Source of the DNA: Camelus dromedarius
Lineage: Eukaryota
Length of the DNA stretch: 64,000 nucleotides
Direction of reading: 5' to 3'
Assembly (NCBI RefSeq): GCF_036321535.1
Contig: NC_087437.1
Location: 95,420,001 to 95,484,000 of the forward strand
Shown: one piece after another, positions 1 to 10,599 of the stretch
Layout of the letters: each line of letters starts with the position of its first letter
Position numbering within the stretch: the first letter of the stretch is position 1
Made by a program: the position numbers and the translations under genes
Notes under the pieces: model-generated
Seen by the model: only the letters and a program-made list of their open reading frames with translations
Told to the model about the DNA's origin: nothing
Database searches by the model: none

Positions 1-125
1 GACATGTTACTTAACCTCGAAGTCTCAGGTACTTCACCTGTAAATTCAATAATACCTACCTCATGGAGCTATTGTCATGATTTAGTGAATTAATGTATAT
101 GATATGGACTCTGTAAACCCCCAAA
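1..125 (+). mobile_element. MIR SINE fragment (core and 3' part)
   Basis: gttacttaacctc...cacctgtaaa...aataatacctacctcatgg...ttgtcatgattta resembles the MIR core. Confidence 0.75.
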
Positions 126-929
126 ACAATAGAAGATGTTGTATTTGTGGACTGAAATCATTGCACACATGTTTTCTCCACTTTTCACACATAGTTTGTT
201 CCCCAAAACTTGCAAAGTTTTAGTTTTTTTTAAAGGTCAAAAAATAAGTGTGGTTCAAAGGATGGGAGTGGTTCCATGCCTGGTGAGTAAAAATCACTGT
301 GAAATCCCTAACTGTGGAATAAATTCTTGGTGTTTTTGCTTGTTTTTTTGCTTTTGAATTCCTGAGGGCCAGCATTGCACATACCTCACAATTCAGGGGT
401 GTAAACATCTCACTTGAGGTCTCAATGACTAGACTTAGTGTCTATTTTGGGTGCTGTTCTGCCTAGCGGCAGAAAATAGCATCTTAGTTCCAGGTGAACT
501 CAATTATATCTTTCTTGGTCACTTCAGACATGGAGTCTGGATTTTGCCCTTCCTTCCCCTCCGCAGTGTCGTATCTAAATTCCAGAGGCTGTCTTCTTGT
601 GTAGAAAGTGTGGGGGTTCGGGTGGTTGGGGCTTTCGGCATTACTGCTATTGTCCAAGCTTCCAGTGGTCTCCGTTTGTCAGCGCCTTTACTCCTCATCC
701 CCCTCTCCCCAACCTCAATGTCCTTGATTATCCATTGACTCTCTCTAAGCCTTCTGATGTAGGTTGGGTGTGGGGACCCATGAATTCTGTACATTATTAT
801 GTGCCATGCGGAGGCTCTGGAAACTTGGATGTGGAGGCCCTTCCTTAGGGCCTTACGGGATATCAACTTTGGGCTGTGTGGGTTGGGAGGGGGAATGGCA
901 GTTACTTCTGCATTTTAGAAGAAATAAAC

Positions 930-1080
930 TTTGGTTCCAGATCTAGACCACCTGTGCTTAAATCTTGGCTCCTCAAAGTATTTGCTGTCACAAAGTGGTT
1001 ATATTAATAATATCTACCGTACAAGGTCATTGTGGGATTAAATGAGTTGATCTAGGTGAAGTCCATAGTAAGTGCCCAGG
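930..1080 (+). mobile_element. MIR SINE fragment
   Basis: ctgtgcttaaatcttggctc...aataatatctacc...ttgtgggattaaatgagttgat. Confidence 0.65.
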
Positions 1081-1260
1081 ATTTATTGGGTGATACCTGC
1101 TGTCTCTCTGGTGTTGAGCTGGAAATAGGTCTTTACTTTCAGATTCCCCAAGCCCTACTTGATTAGAAGGGGAGAGGACACTGGGATCAGAAACCTCAGT
1201 AATACACACTCACTATATTTAATTCCCTTCCCTCCTGTTTAATTCTCTCTTCCCAGTGAG

Positions 1261-1460
1261 ATGAAAGGGAGGGAGAAAGAGAGAGGGGGAGAGACAGAGA
1301 TTCCAAGAGAGAAATAGGGAGGGAGGATAGGAGAAGAGAGAAGGAGGGAGGGAGAGGAGAAGAGGAAAGGAGGGAAGGAGGAAGAGAGGGAGAGAAGGGA
1401 AGGAGAAAAGGAAGGAGTGAGGGAGGGAGAGGGGAAGGGGGAAGGAGGGAGGAAGGGAAA
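1261..1460 (+). repeat. Polypurine (GA-rich) low-complexity tract
   Basis: 1329-1460 has a single pyrimidine in 132 nt; GGGA/GGAA/GAGA units. Confidence 0.95.
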
Positions 1461-2784
1461 CTCATGCCTATTGCTTACATGCCAGATCTTCAGTTTGCAA
1501 GAAGTTAGCTCTTGCAGTTCGGCCTTTACTCTGCTATAGATTTCAAAAATCTACTTTGAAATCCAAAAGGGAATATTGAATTGCTTTTCTGTAGCAAACA
1601 CCCCTTTGCATTTCTCTGGTAACCATCGCAGGGCAATACATACAGAAAGCTCTTTCAGGTGCCCGAAGTGGGGTAGAATAGAAGGAAATAGCTTATAACA
1701 GGTGCAGCGTCTGTTAATGTTTCAAAATACAATCTTGCTACAAAAGGATGCGATTAAAGAAAATATTAAAGACAGAGGTTACTCTTTAAAAATCGAAATA
1801 TCTTTCCTCAAATGCCAGTTTTCTCACCTTATTTCAAGAGAATTCAGCAGAAAGAAGTTAAATGTTGAAAAAGTAAGGATTTGGCAACAGACGAAATCAA
1901 AGAGCATGAGAATGTAGTGGTCATTTTAGTATCAAAAAGTTTTAGGGAAGTTTCCTCCAGTGAGATAGGGACACTGACCTTTTTCTTTTCAAAAAGGATT
2001 CTGTAGCAGGACTCCCAACCAAGAACCTTAAGGACCCTCTGTTTTTGGGTCCTTTGACTTAGTTTCTGTTTTACACCGATGCACAAGTTGCTTTTTTCTC
2101 TTTCCCCCTTTTATCAACACACTCCATCAGGAAAGTCCTCATTAAGGCCTTATTTCCATTTGTAACACACCAGTACTGCAAGCTTATCATCTATCAGCAT
2201 TTTCATTTTTATTATCCCCTCATGTTTATAAAATCACAAAACATGGAACATCTAAATAACACTCCAAAGCCAGATGCCAACACTGCAGACTGAACTGTTT
2301 CCTAAGCACCTATGTGTCAGCTGTAAAATTCTGAAGTTAGTGGTTTAAAGAAATTAGCCCCAAATTAACAAAAATATAGAATACATAAATGGAATAAAAT
2401 AAATTAGAGATCTTGGGCTTAAAAGATTTGCTCACATTCAGAATACAAAAATTACTTTGAATTAGTAAACTGACTTTCTAATCAAATCCTGAACATTTTT
2501 AGATGTCTCTTTCAAAGGTTGTATGGGAAAACAACTATTACTTTTTTCCTCAAAAATTAGATAATCCTTTATAATGGAAATGTCTTATTCTTAACAACAA
2601 ACTAGACTATTTAATTAGCACTTTGAGTGCCATTGAAGTAGCTGAGAAAGTTATAATCTCTCTCTCTCTCAGTCCCTGTTTTGAACACTGGTGAGAGAAA
2701 GACAACAAATGGATTTTAAATGGAGAAGTTTTACAAATATTTTCAAAGATTTTTGTTCTCCAGAGGCTCTACACCCATGTTTCT

Positions 2785-2952
2785 TGAAGCAGTGTCCATG
2801 GAGAGCTGTCCTCTGGTCAGAAGTGTAAATTCCTGATTCTTGTTCTGATCCTGCTGAATCAGAATCCCAGGAGGCAAGTCTTAATAATTAATACTTTGGA
2901 GACAATACCAGTAATTTTATGTTTGAAAAACAAGTTTGAAAACCACTGCCCT
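2785..2952. mobile_element. MER5-like hAT-Charlie MITE
   Basis: ctgctgaatcagaatc and terminal aagtttgaaaaccactgc are typical of MER5. Confidence 0.6.
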
Positions 2953-3403
2953 AACATACCAAGTAAAGGCTTCACTGAAATGTATCTGAAGCTAGAATGC
3001 CTCTGGTCTCAGCACTGTCTTGTACTCACTATCAGGCAGCGGTCATGATGCAGTTTCCATTGCCTTCTGTTAAAAAGCACACCACATGCCAACAGGCAGG
3101 GAGCATTTGTCAAAGTTTACCTCATTAATAAGGGAATCAGGAAAAAGACAAAGAGCATTTGAAGAAAAGTTGTGGAAGAAACTTAAATATAATTGCTAAG
3201 TTAGTTAACTTTCTATGGGCAGTACAAGCATGACATTCCTATCTCTACCGAGCCAGGGAATCATAACACTTCTTTTTCTTTAGGTTAAATAATCCCTAAC
3301 TTTCAGAACTACATGAAATCTGCACCTTATCCTTTTTGCAGTTAGTTAAAAATATACTTTGGTAAATTACATTCCCCCAAAAGAATCAGATGAGAGTCAG
3401 TGA

Positions 3404-3500
3404 CTTAGTCTTGTCTGTGGCTCCCCAGTGGCAGCCCTCATGACAAAGACTTTGGTACAGTTTATTTGGGAGGTAATTCCAGTAAGTGGAGTGTGTTGTG
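3404..3500 (-). mobile_element. ERVL LTR fragment (LTR33/LTR16-like)
   Basis: agccctcatgacaaagacttt...agtttatttgggaggtaattccag resembles the LTR33-type end. Confidence 0.45.
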
Positions 3501-4277
3501 CTGTTGGCACCAAACATTTAAAAGCTCCATTACCTTTAATTAATGTATAAATTTTAAAGTATTGCTTAGGTTCCAAAGGCCATTTTTAAAAATAAGAAAT
3601 TATAAATGATAATTTCCGAAACATATCAATTGTATATATATATGTGCATATGGAATCCCATATTAACATCTGCCAAATTAAAGGTCTTTCTGACTTGAAA
3701 CCAACTGAATCTTCCAAGAATACGTACCTTTGTTTGCTCAAGGTCATACAACATTACCTTTCTAAGGCAGAATTTTTCATTGCTTTGCCTAACCCTGCAA
3801 TCCCTGTGCTCCCACTTCTGCCTCTCTATGGGAAAAGGGAGTCTTTTGGAAAGTTTTAAATATTTTTTAAAAATCTGTCTTTTTTAAATGGGCTAAGACA
3901 TTTATAGTAAGTAAAATACCTTACCATTTTGAATACTTGAATACTTTGGGGGAAAAATAAGTCAAGAAAAATAATTAATTACTTAGACTAATAATGCACC
4001 TATGCATGGGATTAGCATATTCTGGGAAGTTAATATATTTTATCTGCATGATTTATGATCAACCACTGTTAATTAAGCCCCACATGTTTCAAGAGTGCAT
4101 AATTAAACAATCATTTTGAGTAAACCTGATTTCTTATCCTGCTATATACTATGGTGTCAAAAATATGACTCCTGGACTATGCTAAAAAGTAGTCACCTTC
4201 TACAATGTAATCAAAAGAGTTCGATTAAGTTCTTTATAAACTTTTACTCATGCTCCCCACCCTGATTTCGATCTGGG

Positions 4278-4425
4278 CATTCATTCATTGACTTGGCAGT
4301 CTACTGGGCATCTACTCTGTGCTAAGAATAAAGATGGGCAAGTCCCAGAAGTGCTTGCTCAAAATGTAATGGGAGGCAGACACACACACACAACAGAGTG
4401 TGAATCACGTAATAGAAGTATTTAC
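4278..4425 (-). mobile_element. L2 3' fragment
   Basis: cattcattcattga...ctactgggcatctactctgtgc is the reverse L2 tail. Confidence 0.55.
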
Positions 4426-4429
4426 ATGA

Positions 4430-4779
4430 TGTTTTAGTCCATTCAGCCTGCTATAATAAAAGTGCCTTGGACTGAGTGGCTTATCAATGACATGAATTTA
4501 TTTTTCACAGTTCTGGAGGCTGGAAAATCCAAGAACAAGGCACTTGCAGATTTGTTGCCTGGTGAGAGCCTGCTTCCCTGTTCCTAGACAGATATCTTTC
4601 ACTGTGTCCTTATTTGGCAGAAGAAGGAAGGGTGCTCTCTGAGGTCTTTGTTTTTAAGGGAACGAATCCCATTCATGAGGCTCCACCCTTGTGACTGAGT
4701 CACCTCCTAATACTATCACACTGTGGGTTAAGGTTTCAACATAGGAATCTGGGGGGACACAAATATTCACACTTTAGCA
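4430..4779 (-). mobile_element. MaLR solo LTR (MLT1A/MLT1A0-like)
   Basis: TG...CA ends; atttatttttcacagttctggaggctgg; ggtttcaacataggaatctgggggg; 5-bp TSD catga/catgg. Confidence 0.9.
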
Positions 4780-5782
4780 CATGGCAATAAAGAAGCTTAC
4801 TGAAATTCTAAACAGGAATTGAAGTAGAGGCTAGTTGGATTATGAAGACTGAAAAAGAAGTCATCAATTTATAACACATAAAGCTTGGGTTATCTCAAAA
4901 TTGTATTCTCTTCCACTTACAGAAATACATATCGAATACCTTTTAAAGTTAAAATATATCCAGATGAGCCCCAAAGACCAATTCTTGATTATGTTTGAGA
5001 AAAGCAATTTGGATTATCTGGGGGTTTTTTTGTTTCTGTTTTTGTTTTTTGGACAGTTTCCATCATTCCCCAACTAAAATAGTTCTGGAATCATATAAAT
5101 TTAAGGACTTAATAAAAACATAAAAGGATTAACTGACAAAAATATCAAGGGGATTCAGGATTACTTTATTTTATATTTAATTTCTCTTCCATACAGACAA
5201 TATCAGTTATGATGCTTCTGAACACAGATACACATAAAACACATAAAATCCAACTTGGCGTGGCTAAGCAATGAAAGAAAGTTATGGTGTAATGGAACTG
5301 AAAAAGCACAGCAAAACTACTCTCAGAGGACAGGACTCAATCAAGCTCTGACTCCTTCTGTCTTTGAATGTTTTTGCTCTGCTTTGCTCCACATGTTGCT
5401 TTCTTTCTCCAGCTGTTACCAAAATGGCCATAATAGACCAAGCCTCAAGGCACACAGGATAATGTTCAGAGGCCAAGAGACAAAGGCAGAAAAAGTCAAT
5501 ACTGTCTAAAAATGTATCCCAGTGATCTAAATTGTTACACATGCTCTTTCCAGGACCAACCCTGTGTCCAGAGAAATACCCTGTACTGTTTGGCTGAAAT
5601 CTGGATTTCCCTAGACTCATTAGGTCTTCCACTGAAGTGTGTTGAGCTGTTACCCATGAAGTATATGGACTGTTTGTTGAATAGAATGGATGATGGAATG
5701 CCTCCAATAATAAGCAACATACACACATTCTTATTCATACATTTAGCAATTAGTCTGTGCTCCAGCTTTTATACGTGGTTTA

Positions 5783-6289
5783 TGTAGTAATTTTTAAAAA
5801 AACGACTGCAAATTCTTTGACACTCCTCTCATCAGGAGGCAAAGCCTCTGAATCATCTCCTTCAATCATGATAAAATTGTGACTACTTCAACCAATAGGG
5901 GAGGACTATTGATTTTTGAGCTTAGCTCATCATGCATCTTCCTTAGTTTTTGAACATTTGCTCTGCAGAAACTGGCTCTTGGAATCCAGCTGCTATGCTT
6001 TAAAAAACCTAGCTACCTCGAAAGGTCTTGTGTCGGTCATCAGTCTCAACTGAGCCCAGCTTTAGTGCCTGTCATGGGAGTCTAATGATTCCAATCCACA
6101 GCCATTTGAGTCACCCCAGACACATAACCTCCCAGCTGGGAGCCCAGATTTCATGGAGCAGCTATAAAAACATCCCAAGACAAGCCTTCTCAGCTCTGCT
6201 TTGAATTCCTGACCCACATAATAAAATTGTTGTTACTTTATGCCAGTGAGTATGAGGTGGTTTGTTACACAGCAGTATATAACCAGAAC
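5783..6289 (+). mobile_element. MaLR LTR (MLT1F/G-like)
   Basis: ctgcaaattctttgacactcctctc start; aataaaattgttgtt...ggtggtttgttacacagcagtatataaccagaac end. Confidence 0.8.
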
Positions 6290-6998
6290 GGCTTAAATGT
6301 CTTTAGTGAGTAGGAAATCCATGAAATTGGAAACAGGAAGAAAGAAGACCTGAAAATAAAAGGAGTTGCCAAGCATTTAAGTAACAGCGTATGTTTTGAG
6401 AGGGGAGTATGTTGTTTCTGAAACAGAATGAAGGTAAACAAAATCCTTGTATTATGTGTTTAGTGTCACCCTTAATGATCCTAGTAGTAAATCGTCCAGC
6501 TGTGAAGCATCTTCTGCCCCAAATAGTCATATTGAGTCACTGGTTCTTGGATTTTATTTTATAAATCAGAGATGTGATATTCCTTCATATTTGCATGTGC
6601 CAAAGAAGCTATAAGGGGTTTTGAATAAATTCTGAAATTCAGGCAACAAATCCTTAGCTAATAACCAGGACCTAAGTCATTCACTTGCATCATAACAATC
6701 ACCTTTGCTCTTGCTTTCTCTTCCTACCTTTCATCTTTTTGTTTATTCCTTACTTGTAACTTCAGGAAGGCAGGAAAAATAAATAGAAACAGGAATACAC
6801 TAATTTTTAATTCCTTTTTGTAGGGATAATGGCATAATAGGGAGATCATAGAATTTAATACCTGGAAGTATTTCCCTGCTTCTTTCAAAGTTTTATGGAA
6901 TTTTTTAGTTAACAATATATTTTCAAGTACATATTAAAATATAAGTCTCACCACATTAAAATCAGTTTGTACGTGAGATAATGAAGAGTCATGATGGT

Positions 6999-7479
6999 TG
7001 TTAATTAACCTTTATCCAGGCGGGTCCCCAGCAAGGGTCCTCCTTTCTGGTTTCGTTTGAGCCAACAGAATGAGACTGGTTCAGGAGCACAGGACAGCTT
7101 TATTCTCAGAGAATAAAGAAAGGGGAGCTCCAGCAGTAGAGAACAGGCTCTTCAGGCAGGTCATGGGTGGGGCTGCTTTGTAGGGATCTGCTCGGCGGGG
7201 CGGGGCCTGGAGGTGCGGAGTTCTCGCGAGTCTCGGAGTCTCGCCCCTCAGACTGACGGGCCCGGCGTCTCTGCGCACAGCCTGCACCCCGCCGCCATGT
7301 TGAGTTTCCCTGTGTGCGCAGCGCTTTTCAGTCCCGAGCTAGAGTGAGGAGCGGCTGTTTCACACTGGGAACTCTGGTCTGAAGGGCCCGGAGCAAGTCC
7401 TCTGAGCGTGGCATCCTACAAGCTAGTGAAACTAAGCACAAAGGAAAACAAAAGGTTAGACTTTACTTTATTACCCAGA
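6999..7479 (-). mobile_element. 3' LTR of a deleted ERV1 provirus
   Basis: TG at 6999; minus-strand AATAAA 7104-7099; degenerate TATA (TACAAA) 7182-7177; PPT-like GGGGGAA on minus at 7486-7480, next to the env tail. Confidence 0.7.
7190..7410. promoter_or_regulatory. CpG-dense promoter-like segment in LTR U3
   Basis: 20 CpG in about 220 bp; GC box 7197-7206; TCTCGCGAG 7222-7230; YY1 GCCGCCATGTT 7291-7301. Confidence 0.55.
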
Positions 7480-7679
7480 TTCCCCCAGAACTGTTAATGG
7501 GCTTTGCTGGTAAAAAGTCCTTGCTCTGCCTTTTGTCCTGCTTGTCATTCTTGAAGGGTGAGAGCCTGGGGTCCGAAACTGATTTCTGCTGTGTTTGGGC
7601 GGCTTTGTTGCTGTGGGCGAGGAGCAGAACTTCTCCTCAGCCGCCTTTAGATGTGTTGGATGGTCACCAGGCCTTAGCA

Positions 7680-7784
7680 CTAGCTGTTCATATCCCTGAG
7701 CCCCTGCCGTTTGTCTAAACTTTTGGACAGAAAGGACACCAGACAATTTAGGATGTATGGCCCAAATATTAGTAAGAATAATGG
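7680..7784 (-). pseudogene. env: ERV env TM membrane-anchor/cytoplasmic-tail remnant
   Basis: Manual translation PLFLLIFGPYILNCLVSFLSKSLDK matches the gamma-type TM motif LLLxFGPCILNxLVxF. Confidence 0.75.
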
Positions 7785-7787
7785 TTA

Positions 7788-8311
7788 TGTTACTCCAAGA
7801 GGTAGAGACCCCAGGGCGAGTCATACCTGGAAAACAGATTTGCAGTCGGGAAATGGTGCATTGCGTAGTGAAAGATTTTAAGATTTATTTTAAAGAAAGA
7901 AAAAGTACACCCCCAAGAATGGGAGGCAGGCTCTAAGGGAGGAAAAGCTGCAGTGTTTGTGTCCCTTTTCTCTTATACCCTTGCTTAGGGGTGGTCTCTT
8001 GATTGATTGATGGCTCGTGTCCCTGGAATGCTTAGTCATGTTTGGCCCTTTTGCGCATGTCCTTACCCATGGTGTATACCGAAAAGCCCATGGTGGGGCC
8101 TAAACTGCAATGTTAATTATAATACAGTGAACATTGGGTCGCGTCCGGTTAATTCTTTTCTGCTACCGTGCAGTCGTGGCTGTTGGGCTTTAACCAGTTT
8201 CTTGCTGGCACTCATTGCTGGCACCCGCTGAAGGCATATAACACCATCTTCCAGACCATCCTCCTTCTCCACCTGTCTGCCCAGTGACCCCACTTATGTA
8301 ACAATCTGACA
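7788..8311 (-). mobile_element. ERV1 solo LTR nested in the older ERV
   Basis: TG...CA ends with perfect 4-bp TSD GTTA (7784-7787, 8312-8315); minus-strand AATAAA 7889-7884 and TATAAG near 7975. Confidence 0.85.
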
Positions 8312-8544
8312 GTTACATGTCAATTTTTTTCTTAAAAGTGAAAGTATCTAGGTCTTTTGCCTGTAGGCAGAAGTGTACCCTGATGCAGAGGCTCACTGCC
8401 GTGGCCTGAATCTTCCTGGTCACACCTCTGTTGTTTTCCGGAAGAGGAACTTCAGATCAGAGAGAGGTTCACACGAGTAGTCAAGGGGGCATTTCCCCAG
8501 GTTGTCTCCCAGGATGTGGAGGCTCTGTGCCCTCTTCACTCGAG

Positions 8545-8930
8545 TGTAATGTGTGATATGCCTCTGGAGTGACCCCCTGCAACTTCAGGGCAGAGTGCGT
8601 GGTTAAGGTCAGCAGGTGGGGCCTGTTCCCTTTAGGGGTGAGCTGTCTCACAGACTGAGGGTTTTCCAGGTTTTTCGGTGCCCCCAGTCTCCTGGCCAGC
8701 AGGGGTGCAGGGCCAGATTGGTGGGTGCTAGTAGCACTTGGTCACCATATTCTGTGAGAGCTTTCGTAGTTTCTCCTACTTGGAGGGCACACTTGAGTCG
8801 CTCCATTTCAAAAGGGCCAAATCGCCCTTTCTCTCAGGCTTGGGGGATGAGTCTACCAGACAGGAGTTCAAATGCACTCAGCTTTAATTTATCTTGGGGT
8901 TAACTGCACCTGGAGCAGGGCAGCTGGAAG
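8545..8930 (-). pseudogene. pol: ERV pol integrase C-terminal remnant (stops and frameshifts)
   Basis: Manual translation PAALLQVQLTP / KLKLSAFELLSGR / KALTEYGDQVL..LHPCWPGDW..KTWK / QLTPK..PHLLTLTTHSALKLQGVTP fits the gammaretroviral IN end (SPFELLYGR, HPFQPGDWV, GPY-LTTPTALK). Confidence 0.8.
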
Positions 8931-9112
8931 TAACATAATTTAGAGACCCATTGATGGGCAACTTTCCCATATCCCAGCTGGTATTGGGGCCAGGCTGTGT
9001 TACATAAGATTAAGTGTTTTGAGGTCGAGGTGGTGATACCTAAAAAATTCCAGCTCTTCAGAATGCATCCTAATGGGCTGTCCTTTGGTATGCTGAACAT
9101 TTGGTTCCCCAG
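8931..9112 (-). pseudogene. gag: ERV gag matrix N-terminal remnant
   Basis: (CTG)GNQMFSIPKDSPLGCILKSW...HLILCNTAWPQYQL, then PINGSLNY after a frameshift; ERV1 MA pattern; start codon appears mutated ATG>CTG. Confidence 0.85.
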
Positions 9113-9959
9113 ACTTTAGATATTCTGTTTTCAGGGATTTGTTTCCCACTACTGAGGGGGCGGTTGGAGTGATGAGTTGTCAGGCAAATGCCACAAGATT
9201 TGACCTGCATAGGATTTCTGGTTTAGGAAATTTGGAACCAGCATCAAACTGTTCATGCATTCAAAAGACTGAAAGAGGAGGCTTCCAAATGGCGTGGACT
9301 CTGATATAACCGGGGTCTCCCCTGAATTTGCAACTGTTCATGCCTTAGAGAGTCCCTCCTCGGTCAGAATGTCCCATAGGAGGTTAGACGGGATGTCTCA
9401 GGGCCACATTAGTTCCTGACAGCTTGCTCCCTTAGGGGATGGTCCAGCTGTCTGGGGCAGGGTCTTCTCTTTCATCCTTACAGCTGAAAAAGAGGAGTTT
9501 TCAGACTTTCTGTTCGCTGAGGACTAAAAGCATGTGAGGTCCCCACAGGGCATTCTCCAGATCGCCAGGCAGCTGGTATCTGTGTGATATCTGGAGGAGA
9601 GCCGGTGGAACCTCAGTTTGCCTCACACGCAGAGGGGGAGGAGTGATAGTGGGGTTCCTGGCCTTGGGGACGGCTCATGAGGCTCCCCAGACCACTTCAG
9701 AGAAACTAGTGCTGACCAGAAGACGGTCATCTAGTCACCAGTTGCATACCTACCCTTTGACACTCCGGCATCCCTGGTGCCTTCTTGAACTCAGATCGAG
9801 TGCCCTCATTCCGTTTTGTCAAGCGGCCCTCAATACCTGGGGCTTTTCTTGGTCTGGCCTCTTGGCTCACGGGGATGGCTGCTTTCCTTGACAGAGAGTG
9901 ACAATGGAGAACACCACTGCTGACGCCTGGAGGTTGGCGGGGAGGGCTGAAAGCACTGG

Positions 9960-10330
9960 TGCAGCTGCTACTGCCTTGTCCCAGGGTCAGGTGGACAGCG
10001 CTGTTGACAGGACTGCCCTGGCTCCCTCTCATCCTCAGGTCCCCACTGTCCCCAGGTCACCAGTACCTCGGGAAGGCCAGTCAGAGGCAGGCGTGCATGA
10101 GTTTCATTCTTCAGTCCCCAACGATGCCACAGTGTGGTCTCCTCAGTGGAGCATGGTCCCAGTGACTGGGGGCTGGGCTATTTATGCACCACACCTGGGT
10201 ATTGGGTTGCTGGAAAGAGTTGCTCTGAATTTGGCTGAAGGTTGCTGCCCTTCTACCCTGTCAGGGTGTACTCAGAAACCAGGGTCAATCATCCTCACCT
10301 GAACCTCCCAAAGCCTCAGCCATCCTCCTG
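9960..10330 (-). mobile_element. Possible old ERVL LTR fragment (LTR33-like)
   Basis: ggctgggctatttatgcaccac...gtattgggttg resembles the LTR33 TATA/CCAAT region; weak. Confidence 0.3.
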
Positions 10331-10599
10331 CTGGAGCCGGGGCAAGCCTGGAGTCTAGGGGATAGCTGCAGGTAAAAAGGCCACAGTCTATCCCACCTTG
10401 GGTGCCTGAATTTTGTTACTGTCCCTTTCAAGTCAGGCCCCAGCAATGATCCTTCTGCCTGGCGTCCTCCAAGCATATGGTGTCAGTATTGTAACAAGTC
10501 CTACACAGTTGTTCAGGAACTCTCAGTTGTCACCGCCCTGCGGGAACTTATTAAAACATAATCAACTCTCAAGTTCAGTGTCAAGAATATTGGTCATTT

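Larger units (their letters stand above)
7480..9930 (-). mobile_element. Internally deleted ERV1 internal region (leader, gag MA, IN C-terminus, env tail)
   Basis: gag, pol and env remnants in correct retroviral order on the minus strand, interrupted by a solo LTR at 7788-8311. Confidence 0.8.

Noticed and set aside
1196..1465. Ser/Pro/Leu-rich 89-aa ORF
   Set aside because: It is the translation of the polypurine tract.
7297..7347. Kozak-like GCCGCCATG micro-ORF (MLSFPVCAALFSPELE)
   Set aside because: Only 16 aa, and the same bases are better explained as an LTR YY1 motif.
7680..7784. Domesticated syncytin-like env gene
   Set aside because: Only a 34-codon tail is recognisable. I see no SU, furin site or immunosuppressive domain, and an LTR abuts it.
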